Position numbers and translations under genes: made by a program. From assembly GCA_000934665.2 (NCBI GenBank), contig KZ538018.1:1-64000 (forward strand): a stretch of DNA of 64,000 nt, written 5' to 3'. This DNA comes from Catajapyx aquilonaris. Taxonomy: Eukaryota. Within the stretch, counting starts at the first letter, position 1, and each line of letters begins with the position of its first letter. Shown one piece after another: positions 63,885-64,000 of the stretch. Below the pieces are notes generated by a model. It made no database searches and was not told the DNA's origin. It was given only the letters and a program-made list of their open reading frames with translations.

Positions 63885-63976
63885 GTGGCCGGCTGTGACG
63901 TCACGGTCGACTGCGATTGGCTGGAGTAGTATATGCCTTCTGGCTACAGTCAGTCCGTGACGTCACAGCCGGCCAC
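63885..63976. repeat. Inverted repeat with perfect 22-bp arms, each containing TGACGTCA
   Basis: GTGGCCGGCTGTGACGTCACGG (63885-63906) / CCGTGACGTCACAGCCGGCCAC (63955-63976). Confidence 0.85.
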
Positions 63977-64000
63977 ATTTTCCATGGAAACTCAAGATGG

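Noticed and set aside
1..64000. CRISPR arrays, tRNA/rRNA genes, autonomous transposase or reverse-transcriptase ORFs, telomeric repeat arrays
   Set aside because: None seen by eye: no repeat-spacer periodicity, no tRNA A/B-box cloverleaf, no long TE ORF. A covariance-model scan would be needed to exclude small ncRNAs.

Overview
Eukaryotic (invertebrate, probably arthropod-like) genomic DNA with short GT-AG introns, two N-gaps and many small inverted-repeat elements. I could reconstruct five protein-coding genes by splicing. (1) An intronless extracellular LRR type-I membrane protein (minus, 26-1504). (2) Nucleoporin Nup54 (plus, 2562-5534; first coding exon not found). (3) A GLIS2/sugarbabe-type five-zinc-finger factor ending in a PLDLS motif (minus, 5808-6930). 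(4) A Rap1/TERF2IP-like protein with a BRCT domain and two widely separated Myb domains (minus, 27228-33427). (5) A two-exon 136-aa, 38-Cys metallothionein built from four 7-Cys modules, with three same-orientation MRE cores in its promoter (minus, 34291-34764). The ORF track misses gene 5 entirely and shows only Ala-rich shadow ORFs there; it is the most notable find. The intervals 7-27 kb and 35-64 kb are largely non-coding and hold MITE-like palindromes, Helitron-like fragments, AT-rich tracts and a few orphan candidate exons. All gene models are manual reconstructions without transcript or database support.
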